A stretch of DNA of 64,000 nucleotides from a virus: IMG/VR virus record IMGVR_UViG_3300020182_000012; one strand, written 5' to 3'. Of this stretch, positions 1 to 8,563 are shown piece by piece (the stretch's first letter is position 1; each line of letters starts with the position of its first letter). The notes beneath the pieces were generated by a model. That model was not told the origin of the DNA and did no database searches. It saw only the letters and a list, made by a program, of their open reading frames with translations. The position numbers and the translations under genes are program-made.

Positions 1-201
1 GCTCCTCAGGGCGCAGACAAGTCACAAATACTAAGTGATTTTAAAGACACTGACAAGTTATTATTTGTTGGCGATAAATGCGAAGAGGGCGGTAACGACT
101 ATGCAATTGCAAAAGCGATCGCTGCACGCCCTGGCGGAAAGTTTTATAATACAGAGGGATGGGAGCAAACTTGGAAAATTTTAAAGAATACACAAAGTTA
201 A
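1..201 (+). CDS. C-terminal fragment of HAD-IIB phosphomannomutase-like protein (5' truncated)
   Basis: Frame 1 reads ...GADKSQIL...LFVGDKCEEGGNDYAIA...; GDKxxxGGNDY is the motif of PMM-type HAD-IIB enzymes; TAA at 199-201. Confidence 0.7.
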   Translation, partial: APQGADKSQILSDFKDTDKLLFVGDKCEEGGNDYAIAKAIAARPGGKFYNTEGWEQTWKILKNTQS

Positions 202-208
202 AGACGCA

Positions 209-949
209 ATGACAACAAAGTGCTTAATACTAGGGTGTTCGCATGCAAACGGTGCAAACATGCATTTAGATCCAGATTTTGATATTGAAAATTATAACTT
301 TGTCGAACAAATCGAATACGGAGCTAGGAACAGCTATCCAGTATTACTAGCAGAAATGCTAGGACATGATCCGCTAAACTATTCAATATCCGGCGGCAGT
401 AATGACGCAATGCTGCGTATTGGCCTAGAGCAAATAAACGCCCTCAACAGTAATGATGTAATTATTGCTTGCTGGACTGGAATGGACCGAGGAGAAGTTT
501 GGCACGAAGAGCACCAATACTGGCGTCCCATACACTATGACCATCACATGATTCATCAGATTCGTCCCAATGAGTTTTCCAAAGCAGGAATAAACACAGG
601 ACCATTGGTTGCCCGCAATCAAGAATATTACGAATATGGAAAACAATGGTTGTTGTTTGAGGGGAATTATACCCGAGGTTATAATAACAAACTTAAAAAT
701 ATACTAGCACTAAACTCTGTGGCACACAGTCGAGGCATTAGACTAATTAACTTAGACAGTTTTCAAGCGATATGGGATTTTGCATGGCCAGATGTTGTGC
801 ATCGTCCTCAAAAATCATTTAATGACGAGTTTGGTAATTTTTGCCTTGATAGGAATTATCCACACGAGCCAGGCGGGCATTTTTTCCGCCCGGCGCATCT
901 TGCCTATGCTGAATACATTTATTCTATTATGCTAGACACCACAGTATAA
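209..949 (+). CDS. SGNH/GDSL-hydrolase-like protein
   Basis: N-terminal GCSH, NYSISGGSN block and C-terminal GHF..AH resemble SGNH blocks. Confidence 0.5.
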   Translation: MTTKCLILGCSHANGANMHLDPDFDIENYNFVEQIEYGARNSYPVLLAEMLGHDPLNYSISGGSNDAMLRIGLEQINALNSNDVIIACWTGMDRGEVWHEEHQYWRPIHYDHHMIHQIRPNEFSKAGINTGPLVARNQEYYEYGKQWLLFEGNYTRGYNNKLKNILALNSVAHSRGIRLINLDSFQAIWDFAWPDVVHRPQKSFNDEFGNFCLDRNYPHEPGGHFFRPAHLAYAEYIYSIMLDTTV

Positions 950-961
950 CTAATATTATAT

Positions 962-1036
962 GCGGGTGTAGCTCAGTGGTAGAGCACTTCGTTGCCAACG
1001 AAGATGTCGTGAGTTCGAATCTCATCACCCGCTCCA
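962..1036 (+). tRNA. tRNA-Gly(GCC)
   Basis: Cloverleaf GCGGGTG/CACCCGC, anticodon arm CTTCG-TTGCCAA-CGAAG, TTCGAAT T-loop, encoded CCA. Confidence 0.97.
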
Positions 1037-1060
1037 TTCTACAGTAGGATAAAGATCAGT

Positions 1061-1600
1061 ATGAATAATCAATCATTGAATTTTTTTCACGAAATCCCAA
1101 TTGAGGTATATCATGAGAACACAGATGTTTCGATTAAAGTAAGCATCAATGATTTGGTGATGTTTGAAAAAGTATACTCTCCCGGAGTGGTTCACACAGA
1201 AACAATAAGATTTCATAATGAATACATTGAGTCTAATAAAAATACAATTTGTTTTGACTTTTCTGGCGATGCAGAAGCACAACACAAGTATTTAAAAATA
1301 AATTCAATTTTAATTAACAATATTTGGTTAAATTTATTTAATGCAGATTATAGACCTATATTAAACCAGGAATGGTGGGATAGTTTACCCGAAGAAGAAC
1401 AAGAAAGTTATTTAGATATTATATACGGTATAAACGGAAATACATTTGGATGGTTTGGTAAAATAATTTTTAAATTTGCAGCAGGATACGACTGGAAAAG
1501 TAAATTTAACAAAGAGTCACACATGGCAACAATACTTAACAGCAAAGAAAATTGGATATTTCTTGACGAAACAGATAATCAACCATGGGAAAAAAGATGA
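1061..1600 (+). CDS. hypothetical protein
   Basis: 179-aa ORF, ATGA overlap with next gene. Confidence 0.7.
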   Translation: MNNQSLNFFHEIPIEVYHENTDVSIKVSINDLVMFEKVYSPGVVHTETIRFHNEYIESNKNTICFDFSGDAEAQHKYLKINSILINNIWLNLFNADYRPILNQEWWDSLPEEEQESYLDIIYGINGNTFGWFGKIIFKFAAGYDWKSKFNKESHMATILNSKENWIFLDETDNQPWEKR

Positions 1601-2613
1601 CAATAAACTCGTTCAATACATTTGACAGCATTAAAGAAATAATGCTAGGAGATGTTGATCACACTGTAATAGATTTTTGCGATGCTGACCAGCGTCCGCG
1701 ACTTAATCACATTTTTAACAAAACTAAAAAAGAACTCAATCAAATACAAAAAATCTTTGAATCAAGAGGTATCAAAGTTCATCGACCAGCTACTATTAAC
1801 AAGACCCAAGTTCGCACACCGTACTGGAGTAGCATGGGAACAAAAATACCATTGACTCCAAGAGATGTGTTTTTAATTATGGGCAACGATGTTGTTGAGT
1901 CGGCACACTGGCAAAAAGAAAGAATGTTTGAAACTTACCATTGGAGAGATCTGTTTATCAGCAAGCTCGAAAGTGGCGCACGTTGGCATAATATGCCGTT
2001 ACCAAGACATGATTATGCAAGTCTCGAAGTTGAGTTTGACGACATTGTAGTAGAACAAGACCCGATCCTCGACGGTTCTGCAATTTTAAGATATGGAAAA
2101 GATATATTCATCAGCGGCGATGGCAGTCACAATGAATTAGGCCGCAAATGGTTGCAGGCAATGTTTCCTGATAGGCGATACCACCAGTTAGATAAAAATG
2201 TGTTTAACGGCCATTTGGATAGCCATTTGACTATACTGAGACCAGGGTTGTTACTCACTTATCATAGCAAAGAAAACCTGCCGGAATATTTTAAAAATTG
2301 GGATATCATCCATGTAAATCCTGAGCACGACAAGTCGTTAAGTCTACCCCAAACTCTAGTAGACTATAAGATTCAAGACGACGATTTTGCCAATACAGTT
2401 CTAGCAGTTTGCACATTAAGTCTCGACGCTAACACTGTCATGATGTACAGTCATTACAAAGACAATCAATATTTAATAAATCAATTTAACAAATATCAAA
2501 TTGAAATAATTTTTGTTGATTTTACATATTCTCACTTTTTTAACCAAGGCATGACTTGCCTAACAAATGAGTTGAATAGAGACACCGACGGGTGTATTGA
2601 TTATTTAGGTTGA
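1597..2613 (+). CDS. amidinotransferase (glycine/inosamine-phosphate amidinotransferase fold), paralog 1
   Basis: Motifs PRD, HLD and C-terminal QGMTCLT with the catalytic Cys; start set at MTINSF. Confidence 0.8.
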   Translation: MTINSFNTFDSIKEIMLGDVDHTVIDFCDADQRPRLNHIFNKTKKELNQIQKIFESRGIKVHRPATINKTQVRTPYWSSMGTKIPLTPRDVFLIMGNDVVESAHWQKERMFETYHWRDLFISKLESGARWHNMPLPRHDYASLEVEFDDIVVEQDPILDGSAILRYGKDIFISGDGSHNELGRKWLQAMFPDRRYHQLDKNVFNGHLDSHLTILRPGLLLTYHSKENLPEYFKNWDIIHVNPEHDKSLSLPQTLVDYKIQDDDFANTVLAVCTLSLDANTVMMYSHYKDNQYLINQFNKYQIEIIFVDFTYSHFFNQGMTCLTNELNRDTDGCIDYLG

Positions 2614-2638
2614 CATTTACACCACTATATTATATACT
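2610..2638 (+). promoter_or_regulatory. sigma70-type promoter upstream of tRNA-Arg
   Basis: TTGACA-N17-TATACT. Confidence 0.8.
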
Positions 2639-2650
2639 ATTATATAACAT

Positions 2651-2727
2651 GGTCTCTTAGCTCAGCTGGATAGAGCAAGTGCCTTCTAAGCACTAGGTCG
2701 CAGGTTCGAATCCTGCAGAGATCGCCA
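2651..2727 (+). tRNA. tRNA-Arg(TCT)
   Basis: Cloverleaf, anticodon arm AGTGC-CTTCTAA-GCACT, GGTTCGAATCC, CCA. Confidence 0.97.
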
Positions 2728-2746
2728 ATTTAGGACACAAGTAAAC

Positions 2747-2977
2747 ATGTTCACAGTCGAAGAAGAGTTTGATGAAACCGTTGTTACAGTACTGGACTCA
2801 CAAGGTGAGTTTCAAGATATAAAAATGTACTTCGGAGAAGAATCAGTTCTAATAACACAAGCCATCAATGACGATGATGTCTGGGTATCAGTGATTGAAA
2901 TGTCTGATAGACAGTGGGAAAAATTGATACTTGCATATAATAGCACCGAAGGAACATATAAAACAGTTCCTGAATAA
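2747..2977 (+). CDS. hypothetical acidic protein
   Basis: 76-aa ORF with AGGA RBS. Confidence 0.65.
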   Translation: MFTVEEEFDETVVTVLDSQGEFQDIKMYFGEESVLITQAINDDDVWVSVIEMSDRQWEKLILAYNSTEGTYKTVPE

Positions 2978-2992
2978 GATAAAGATAATAAA

Positions 2993-4156
2993 ATGTTTAA
3001 TAATTTTATCACCGCTGGCTGTAGTTTTACCGCAGGTAACAGTGTAATTGAAGAAGTAACCCGCTCACCTAGCGTCTGGCCAGATTTTTTAGTGTCCAGG
3101 ATTGATGCAAAAGTTTTTTATAATATTGGGATCACAGGCGGCGGTAACTGCGCCATGTGTGATAGTTTAATTTATCTATTAGAAACAAAAAAGCATATCA
3201 ATCCTACTAATACATTAATAGGAATTAACATTACTGGATTAGATCGAATTGATACCATGTGTGCAGTTGGTCACCCAAATGATACCAATCGTTTTCCTTG
3301 GAAGCATGACTTTGGATTTAGTTGGATTAACGAGGGCGGATTTACTAGTCAAATACCGCCGTTTAACGGAGACTTGCAAAAACACATAGGACTAGAACAA
3401 ATACATCTGTTAAATGCATTGGCTGTAACGAAATGTCTTACTTACTTAGAATCGCATAAGTTTAGTTATTTTTTTATGGTTATGGATGATCAAGTTATTC
3501 AAGACAGCCCGCCATGGTTTCTTGATTTTTTAAACTGCCGAAAGAAAAAATGGATAACATTTGACAATCATAATACTATGAATTCGTTTGCCAAAGAAAA
3601 TTGTCTCTTAGAGGAGGATGGATTTCATCCCACTGATGCTGGGCACAAACTTATTGCCGACGCAGCAATAGAACAATTAGTTGACAACAACTTATTAACA
3701 ACTGTTAAAGGAGAAACTATGCCTGCTAAAATTTTAATATGCGGATTACCAGGAAGTGGCAAGACAACACTAGCAAAACCTTTTGCAGATTTAATAGGTG
3801 GTGTGCACATTAATGCCGACGAAGTAAGAACAAAATACGACGACTGGGATTTTAGTCCTAGGGGACGTATTAGACAAGCACAACGTATGCAACATTTAGC
3901 TGATGGGGTTGTTATGGCAGGTAAGGTTGCTGTGTGCGATTTTGTTTGTCCTACTGAAGCAGTGCGAGGAGAGTTTAACCCAGACTTCACAGTGTGGATG
4001 GACACTATTAAAGAAAGCAAGTATGAGGATACAAACAAAATATTTGAAAAACCAAGCTCTGTTGATTATCATGTATCCAAATGGTTTGATGATACCCACG
4101 AAGCATTAATGCTTGCTGTGAAAAGATATCAAAAATGGAAAGAAACAAATGTTTGA
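2993..4156 (+). CDS. fusion: SGNH-like N-domain + adenylylsulfate (APS) kinase-like P-loop C-domain
   Basis: GCSFT...DGFHP in N-half; GLPGSGKTT..INADEVR..DWDFS..GRIRQ in C-half; internal AAAGGAG RBS and ATG at 3719. Confidence 0.7.
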   Translation: MFNNFITAGCSFTAGNSVIEEVTRSPSVWPDFLVSRIDAKVFYNIGITGGGNCAMCDSLIYLLETKKHINPTNTLIGINITGLDRIDTMCAVGHPNDTNRFPWKHDFGFSWINEGGFTSQIPPFNGDLQKHIGLEQIHLLNALAVTKCLTYLESHKFSYFFMVMDDQVIQDSPPWFLDFLNCRKKKWITFDNHNTMNSFAKENCLLEEDGFHPTDAGHKLIADAAIEQLVDNNLLTTVKGETMPAKILICGLPGSGKTTLAKPFADLIGGVHINADEVRTKYDDWDFSPRGRIRQAQRMQHLADGVVMAGKVAVCDFVCPTEAVRGEFNPDFTVWMDTIKESKYEDTNKIFEKPSSVDYHVSKWFDDTHEALMLAVKRYQKWKETNV

Positions 4157-4541
4157 TTGGAAAAGTCCGACGGTACAAATGCTAGGTAGATGGCAACCGT
4201 GGCACGATGGACATACAGCATTGTTTAAAAAAGCATTAGAACAAACTGGACAAGTAATTATTATGTGCAGAGATGTTCAAGGGCAAGATGCCGGTCCTGG
4301 CCAAGATGACAATCCATTTAATTACTATGTAGTTAGAGATAATATCATTGCAGGATTAAAAGAACACGGGTATACAATACATCACGAATACGAAATAGCT
4401 AAGGTTCCTAATATTGTAGACATTAGTTATGGTAGAGGTGTAGGTTACACATTCACAGAGCACGATTTAGGCGAAGAAATACACAACATCAGTGCTACAA
4501 AAATAAGAAAACAAATGAGGGACAACGGTGAGCTTGACTAG
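4149..4541 (+). CDS. cytidylyltransferase-like (HxGH) nucleotidyltransferase
   Basis: GRWQPWHDGH and ISATKIR motifs. Confidence 0.8.
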   Translation: MFDWKSPTVQMLGRWQPWHDGHTALFKKALEQTGQVIIMCRDVQGQDAGPGQDDNPFNYYVVRDNIIAGLKEHGYTIHHEYEIAKVPNIVDISYGRGVGYTFTEHDLGEEIHNISATKIRKQMRDNGELD

Positions 4542-4707
4542 AACTTTACAAGACGGTACAGAAGTACCTGCTATTGATATAGCTGTTGAACTCAAAGTAA
4601 TTACCAAGTGCCCAAGTAAGTGGCGACTAATCGACGAAGAAACGGGTGCGGAGTACAGAGGACGTTTGCCACTGGATGGTGAATTACACTGGAAAAGAAT
4701 AGAATAA
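4534..4707 (+). CDS. small hypothetical protein (57 aa, not in ORF track)
   Basis: TTG start overlapping the upstream stop; MTRTLQDGTEVP...TKCPSKWRLIDEETG...; fills the gap exactly. Confidence 0.6.
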   Translation: MTRTLQDGTEVPAIDIAVELKVITKCPSKWRLIDEETGAEYRGRLPLDGELHWKRIE

Positions 4708-4791
4708 GTCAATGCAGGTTTGCCAACAGTTATCGATAGCACAGGCGTCATATCACAACTGCGGTGAGGTTCGATTCCTTGGTTGACACCA
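4708..4791 (+). ncRNA. tRNA-like RNA (acceptor stem + T-arm + CCA, non-canonical D/anticodon half)
   Basis: GTCAAT/GTTGAC stem, TGAGG-TTCGATT-CCTTG T-arm, 3' ACCA, internal CAGTT/AACTG and GATA/TATC helices. Confidence 0.6.
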
Positions 4792-4795
4792 AAAT

Positions 4796-5290
4796 TTATA
4801 GATTAGGATTGTCGCCCATACCCCAAACAGTTAACGCCCAGCGTGTGCCATTAGTTGGTGGTAGTGCTCTGTGTTCAGCAGTTGACGGAATAAGAACTGC
4901 TTCGCCTTGCTGCAAATCAAAGGTGTGATCTCTTGTTTCAAAGTGAGCGCCGAGTGCTGTTTGAAGTGTGCATGTTAGTGTAAGTATTCGAGAGCTAGTT
5001 CTTTTGTCCACTGATTGGTCTGTGTGCCAATGGTAGTACTGCTCTTTTTCATATTTAGAAATTTGTATAGGTTCCTGTATCCAGGATACATTGTAATCTT
5101 CGATATCCATCATAAGATTGCGCAACTTTTCGATATCTTTATAATCTATCCAAAATATTTTATTATTTCTTATACTAGTATTATATTTCCCCCCGGCAAT
5201 GCCATCACTTTCAGCAAGTTCTTTTGTATCTCTAATGATTTGCTCACATTCTTCAGGTGTAAACAATTGAAATGGGGTGTATAGTTTCAC
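4796..5290 (-). CDS. 2OG-Fe(II) oxygenase
   Basis: YHWHTD...H...R facial-triad pattern; FTPEEC N-terminus typical of prolyl-hydroxylase-like family. Confidence 0.85.
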   Translation of the reverse strand: MKLYTPFQLFTPEECEQIIRDTKELAESDGIAGGKYNTSIRNNKIFWIDYKDIEKLRNLMMDIEDYNVSWIQEPIQISKYEKEQYYHWHTDQSVDKRTSSRILTLTCTLQTALGAHFETRDHTFDLQQGEAVLIPSTAEHRALPPTNGTRWALTVWGMGDNPNL

Positions 5291-5410
5291 AGTGAAAATC
5301 CTTTGTACTTTTATTTATTAGCCAGCATTAAACCATACCTAACTTATGCAAGTTTACGCTAACATTTCGGAACCGTTGTAAATACAAATACAACAAGGAA
5401 AGGTCCCACC

Positions 5411-5653
5411 ATGTGCAGTCCATATGTACGTAAAGAAGCCAACCGTTTTAATTGGATCATCAAAGGCCAATTAATTGACAAGTCCGAATCAGACACAACC
5501 ATCGAAAAATTATACGATTCATATTTCAAAAGAATTTGGGGTAATCACGAAAATGTTGCGCACGAGGACGGGTTTGAAGAAGCTTATACTGTTAGGTTAA
5601 ATGAAATGTACGAAGAAGAACTTGAAAAAGTTGCAGTGCTAGGCTACGATTAA
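5411..5653 (+). CDS. hypothetical protein
   Basis: 80-aa ORF with AAGG RBS. Confidence 0.7.
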   Translation: MCSPYVRKEANRFNWIIKGQLIDKSESDTTIEKLYDSYFKRIWGNHENVAHEDGFEEAYTVRLNEMYEEELEKVAVLGYD

Positions 5654-5655
5654 GG

Positions 5656-5684
5656 TTGACAGCATGTCTATAATATGCTATATT
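5656..5684 (+). promoter_or_regulatory. sigma70-type promoter (extended -10)
   Basis: TTGACA-N17-TATATT with TGn before -10. Confidence 0.75.
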
Positions 5685-5707
5685 AACGTATAACATAGAG
5701 GTGCAAT

Positions 5708-5911
5708 ATGTCAAAGTTTGGTCCAAAAGTTTACACCAGTGAGATCATCAATACCAAAAAGCATTGGTTGGTTAACACAGTGTGGAATACTGTTGGCAGC
5801 AAAGGCAACATCTATAATATAGAAATGTTGGACAAAGGCTTTACTTGCGATTGTCCAGCTTTTAAAAAATGCAAGCATATAAAATCTGTAGAAGAAAAGT
5901 TATCAGCATGA
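5708..5911 (+). CDS. SWIM zinc-finger protein
   Basis: GSKGNIYNI...FTCDCPAFKKCKHI; GAGG RBS. Confidence 0.8.
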   Translation: MSKFGPKVYTSEIINTKKHWLVNTVWNTVGSKGNIYNIEMLDKGFTCDCPAFKKCKHIKSVEEKLSA

Positions 5912-6045
5912 GTACCCAGACGTTCACTGAAGTTAGTTTAAAAGATTTGCGTAAAATATTCAACGACAATGGATTAGAGTATTATATTAAAAAACAAAAA
6001 GGTAATGTAGTAAAAGTATGCTTTTTAGTTAATGACGATGAATAA
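5908..6045 (+). CDS. small hypothetical protein (45 aa, not in ORF track)
   Basis: ATGA overlap; MSTQTFTEVSLKDLRKIFNDNGLEYYIKKQKGNVVKVCFLVNDDE. Confidence 0.55.
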   Translation: MSTQTFTEVSLKDLRKIFNDNGLEYYIKKQKGNVVKVCFLVNDDE

Positions 6046-6087
6046 CAATCAGCACTAAATATAGTAATACTATACAAGGAAATAACA

Positions 6088-6252
6088 ATGAGTATGATTA
6101 AAAAACTATCAAGCAAAATTGCCAGTGTTTTTGGAAAAAAAGCACCTGCACCTGTTAAAAAGAAGACAGCAGCTAAAAAAACACCTGCCAAGAAGCCAGT
6201 GACTAAGAAGCCAGCAGCTAAAAAAACACCTGCCAAGAAGACTAAAAAATAA
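6088..6252 (+). CDS. histone H1-like basic protein (54 aa, PAKK/AAKK repeats; not in ORF track)
   Basis: AAGGA RBS; MSMIKKLSSKIASVFGKKAPAPVKKKTAAKKTPAKKPVTKKPAAKKTPAKKTKK. Confidence 0.75.
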   Translation: MSMIKKLSSKIASVFGKKAPAPVKKKTAAKKTPAKKPVTKKPAAKKTPAKKTKK

Positions 6253-6270
6253 CAGCCGGAGTGGCACCAG

Positions 6271-6687
6271 GTGGATATCCAACATCAACCAATCTTTGAT
6301 ACAGCAAAAATAGAAAAGCTCTACTCTGAAAAAGACAATGTAACAGTAAAGTATGTTTGCACAAGTGCAACCAACAAAAATGCTACATATGCAGCTGATG
6401 TTTATTATCGTGCCACTCCGCATCCTGAATATGGTAATTACTATTTCGGGTTATACAAAAACCCCCACGCTACCGGAAATGTAATAATTGTCAATGCCGA
6501 CACTATTGAAGCATTGGCATTTGGCATGATTGAAGCTGATGGTAAATATCATTACAGTCAGCATCGACATGATTATAAAGTAATCAATGGCAAGATGATT
6601 GACGGTGGTCGTGCTTATATCCGTTCAGGTGCGCACGAAGTAAACGTATTTAAAATACAGGATGGAGAGTTTATAACCTCCAAGTAA
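6271..6687 (+). CDS. hypothetical protein
   Basis: 138-aa ORF, GGAG RBS, GTG start, HRHDY..IDGGR motif. Confidence 0.7.
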   Translation: MDIQHQPIFDTAKIEKLYSEKDNVTVKYVCTSATNKNATYAADVYYRATPHPEYGNYYFGLYKNPHATGNVIIVNADTIEALAFGMIEADGKYHYSQHRHDYKVINGKMIDGGRAYIRSGAHEVNVFKIQDGEFITSK

Positions 6688-6696
6688 TCGTATAAC

Positions 6697-7137
6697 ATGC
6701 ATGCTAGAATTGATTTAGACAAAACTAATTACAGCCTGGGTGCTATACAGCAAATAGACTTAAAAGTTCGATTAATACGAGCATTTGACACAGACGAACT
6801 TGACAAAATTTATATTGCTTACTGTCGATACAAGAAATTTCCCAGCGTTATGCCGCTATTCAGTGAAGAATACTTGTATCCACAGTCAGATGTATTTGCA
6901 TACTACGACAACGAAGTAATGGTAGGGTTCACAATGATGTTTCGGTATAACACACATAGTGTGGCTGCAAATCAATTTGCCTGGACATATCATAAACCTA
7001 AAATACGACTGGGCATTCGAAGCTTGCACTATATTTGCGCTCATTACAAACAAGAAGGATTCAAGCATTTGTACCTTGGTGATGCTGCTAGTTATAAACA
7101 ATATCTCGATGGGTTTGAATTGTGTGGTCCAGCATGA
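6697..7137 (+). CDS. GNAT-fold protein resembling the C-terminal domain of aminoacyl-tRNA-protein transferase (ATE1/Bpt)
   Basis: FAWTYHKPKIRLGIRSL..CAHYKQEGFKHLYLG..YK resembles ATE_C (xYDP..SLG..SL..I..AK..G..YLYLG..YK). Confidence 0.55.
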   Translation: MHARIDLDKTNYSLGAIQQIDLKVRLIRAFDTDELDKIYIAYCRYKKFPSVMPLFSEEYLYPQSDVFAYYDNEVMVGFTMMFRYNTHSVAANQFAWTYHKPKIRLGIRSLHYICAHYKQEGFKHLYLGDAASYKQYLDGFELCGPA

Positions 7138-7301
7138 ACAATTGGATTGATATAGATAACTTCTTGCGTGGACTTATTATTGCATCCAAGGACAACGAAC
7201 AACTATATGCTGATGCTATGAAGAAGTTTAATTGGAATCGCAGTCAAGCAACGGCAGCAATTGAACCTTTAAAAAATAGGTTGACAAAGCATACAGAGTA
7301 G
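7134..7301 (+). CDS. small hypothetical protein (55 aa, not in ORF track)
   Basis: ATGA overlap; MNNWIDIDNFLRGLIIAS...LTKHTE. Confidence 0.55.
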   Translation: MNNWIDIDNFLRGLIIASKDNEQLYADAMKKFNWNRSQATAAIEPLKNRLTKHTE

Positions 7302-7311
7302 TGTATAAATA
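7281..7311 (+). promoter_or_regulatory. promoter for tmRNA (sigma70 -35/-10 overlapping T4-late-like TATAAATA)
   Basis: TTGACA-N17-TATAAA(TA). Confidence 0.75.
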
Positions 7312-7315
7312 GTAT

Positions 7316-7607
7316 TGTAACGTTGAAGCAATTTGACGACTGAACTGGACCTGGGGGCAGTACCCAGCAGCTCCACCATAAACACACTATACCTCTGGGA
7401 GTTCCCGGGGGAAACCTTGCAAGTTGTAGTGTGTTTTTGATGGGGCTGAACTAGGATCGACAGGCAGGATAGAAGAGTGGAGTTACCGGGATGTAAGCGC
7501 CGTTACCGCGAACAAACTTTCTAAATGCAAACGCAAATAGAGCGCCAGAAATGGCAATGGCAGCCTAGTTAGGCTTCCGGGGTGGATCACCTAGCAACAG
7601 AACGATC
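7316..7607 (+). ncRNA. ssrA: permuted two-piece tmRNA; tag ANANRAPEMAMAA* at 7527-7568
   Basis: Acceptor piece ends ...CTGGG-GGCAGTA-CCCAG-CAGCTCC-ACCA (7378); paired intervening segment 7379-7441; coding piece starts GGGGCTGAA..GGATCGAC (7442); tag ORF ends in AA-stop; outer ends approximate. Confidence 0.92.
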
Positions 7608-7609
7608 AA

Positions 7610-7647
7610 GAGAGTGTTGCAGCAATGTGACACTCTCGTTTTATTTT
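7610..7647 (+). terminator. intrinsic terminator after tmRNA
   Basis: GAGAGTGTTGCA-GCAA-TGTGACACTCTC hairpin followed by T-rich run. Confidence 0.8.
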
Positions 7648-7759
7648 ACTACAAAATCGCTGGATTTTGCATTTTTACGAGTTACATCTATATAATTAAT
7701 ACGTTGGGCAAAAGAGAATCCCGCCCACAAAAAAATCATTAATTATGAGGAAATTTAAA

Positions 7760-8563
7760 ATGCGTACATTCGTACTAGCAACGGTAGCTGCAATGATTGC
7801 TACATCTGCACTAGCAGAAGACACAGCAACTCCAGCTGCTCCAGTATTGTCGGGTGCAATAAATCTTGACTTTGCTGAAAACGGAAGCGACAAATACAAA
7901 GGCACAATGGGTGTTGAATTAGATATCGACGCAAGCGATGTTGCAACTGTTGACCTAGACTTTAAAGCAACAGACGGCAATTCATTGACATTAGACACAT
8001 GGACAGTTGGTACAACAGTAAACGGTCTTGATCTAGCATTTGGCGATAACAACAATCTAATGCCAGAAACAACAGCGGCTGCTGGTGCTACTGGTACACT
8101 AACAAAACCAGCAATGACTGAGTCACTAATGGTAACATCAGGTGCAGCAAGTGTAGCAATTGGTCTTTCCAGCTACGCAACAGACATCACAGAAGTAAGC
8201 AACCTACAAGGTGCATACACAATGGATGCAGGTATTGCAGACGTAACAGCAAGTGTAGACTATAACCGTACAAGTAAAAACTATGTATGGGGCGGTGAAG
8301 TTTCCGGAATTAATGCAGGATCACTAGAAGTGGGTAGCCTACTCACATATGACAATGATGCAAATCATTGGGCATACGAAGGTACTGTAGATGCTGGAAA
8401 TGGTTTCACAGCATACGTCAACGGTGACGAAACTGACATGAGCCAGAACATTGGCGGCGAGCATGTAATGGGTTTCGCAGGTGCTGAATTAACATCAGGC
8501 ATCAACTATGACCTTGACACTGAAGACCTAACACCAAACGTAAGCCTATCCTTTAAATTCTAA
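7760..8563 (+). CDS. outer-membrane porin-like beta-barrel protein
   Basis: Sec signal peptide ending ALA, amphipathic beta pattern, C-terminal beta-signal VSLSFKF; GAGG RBS before ATG 7760. Confidence 0.75.
   Translation: MRTFVLATVAAMIATSALAEDTATPAAPVLSGAINLDFAENGSDKYKGTMGVELDIDASDVATVDLDFKATDGNSLTLDTWTVGTTVNGLDLAFGDNNNLMPETTAAAGATGTLTKPAMTESLMVTSGAASVAIGLSSYATDITEVSNLQGAYTMDAGIADVTASVDYNRTSKNYVWGGEVSGINAGSLEVGSLLTYDNDANHWAYEGTVDAGNGFTAYVNGDETDMSQNIGGEHVMGFAGAELTSGINYDLDTEDLTPNVSLSFKF

Noticed and set aside
5982-6423. Minus-strand hydrophobic repeat ORFs (AGVFLAA…)
   Set aside because: They are shadows of the Lys-rich histone-like gene on the + strand.
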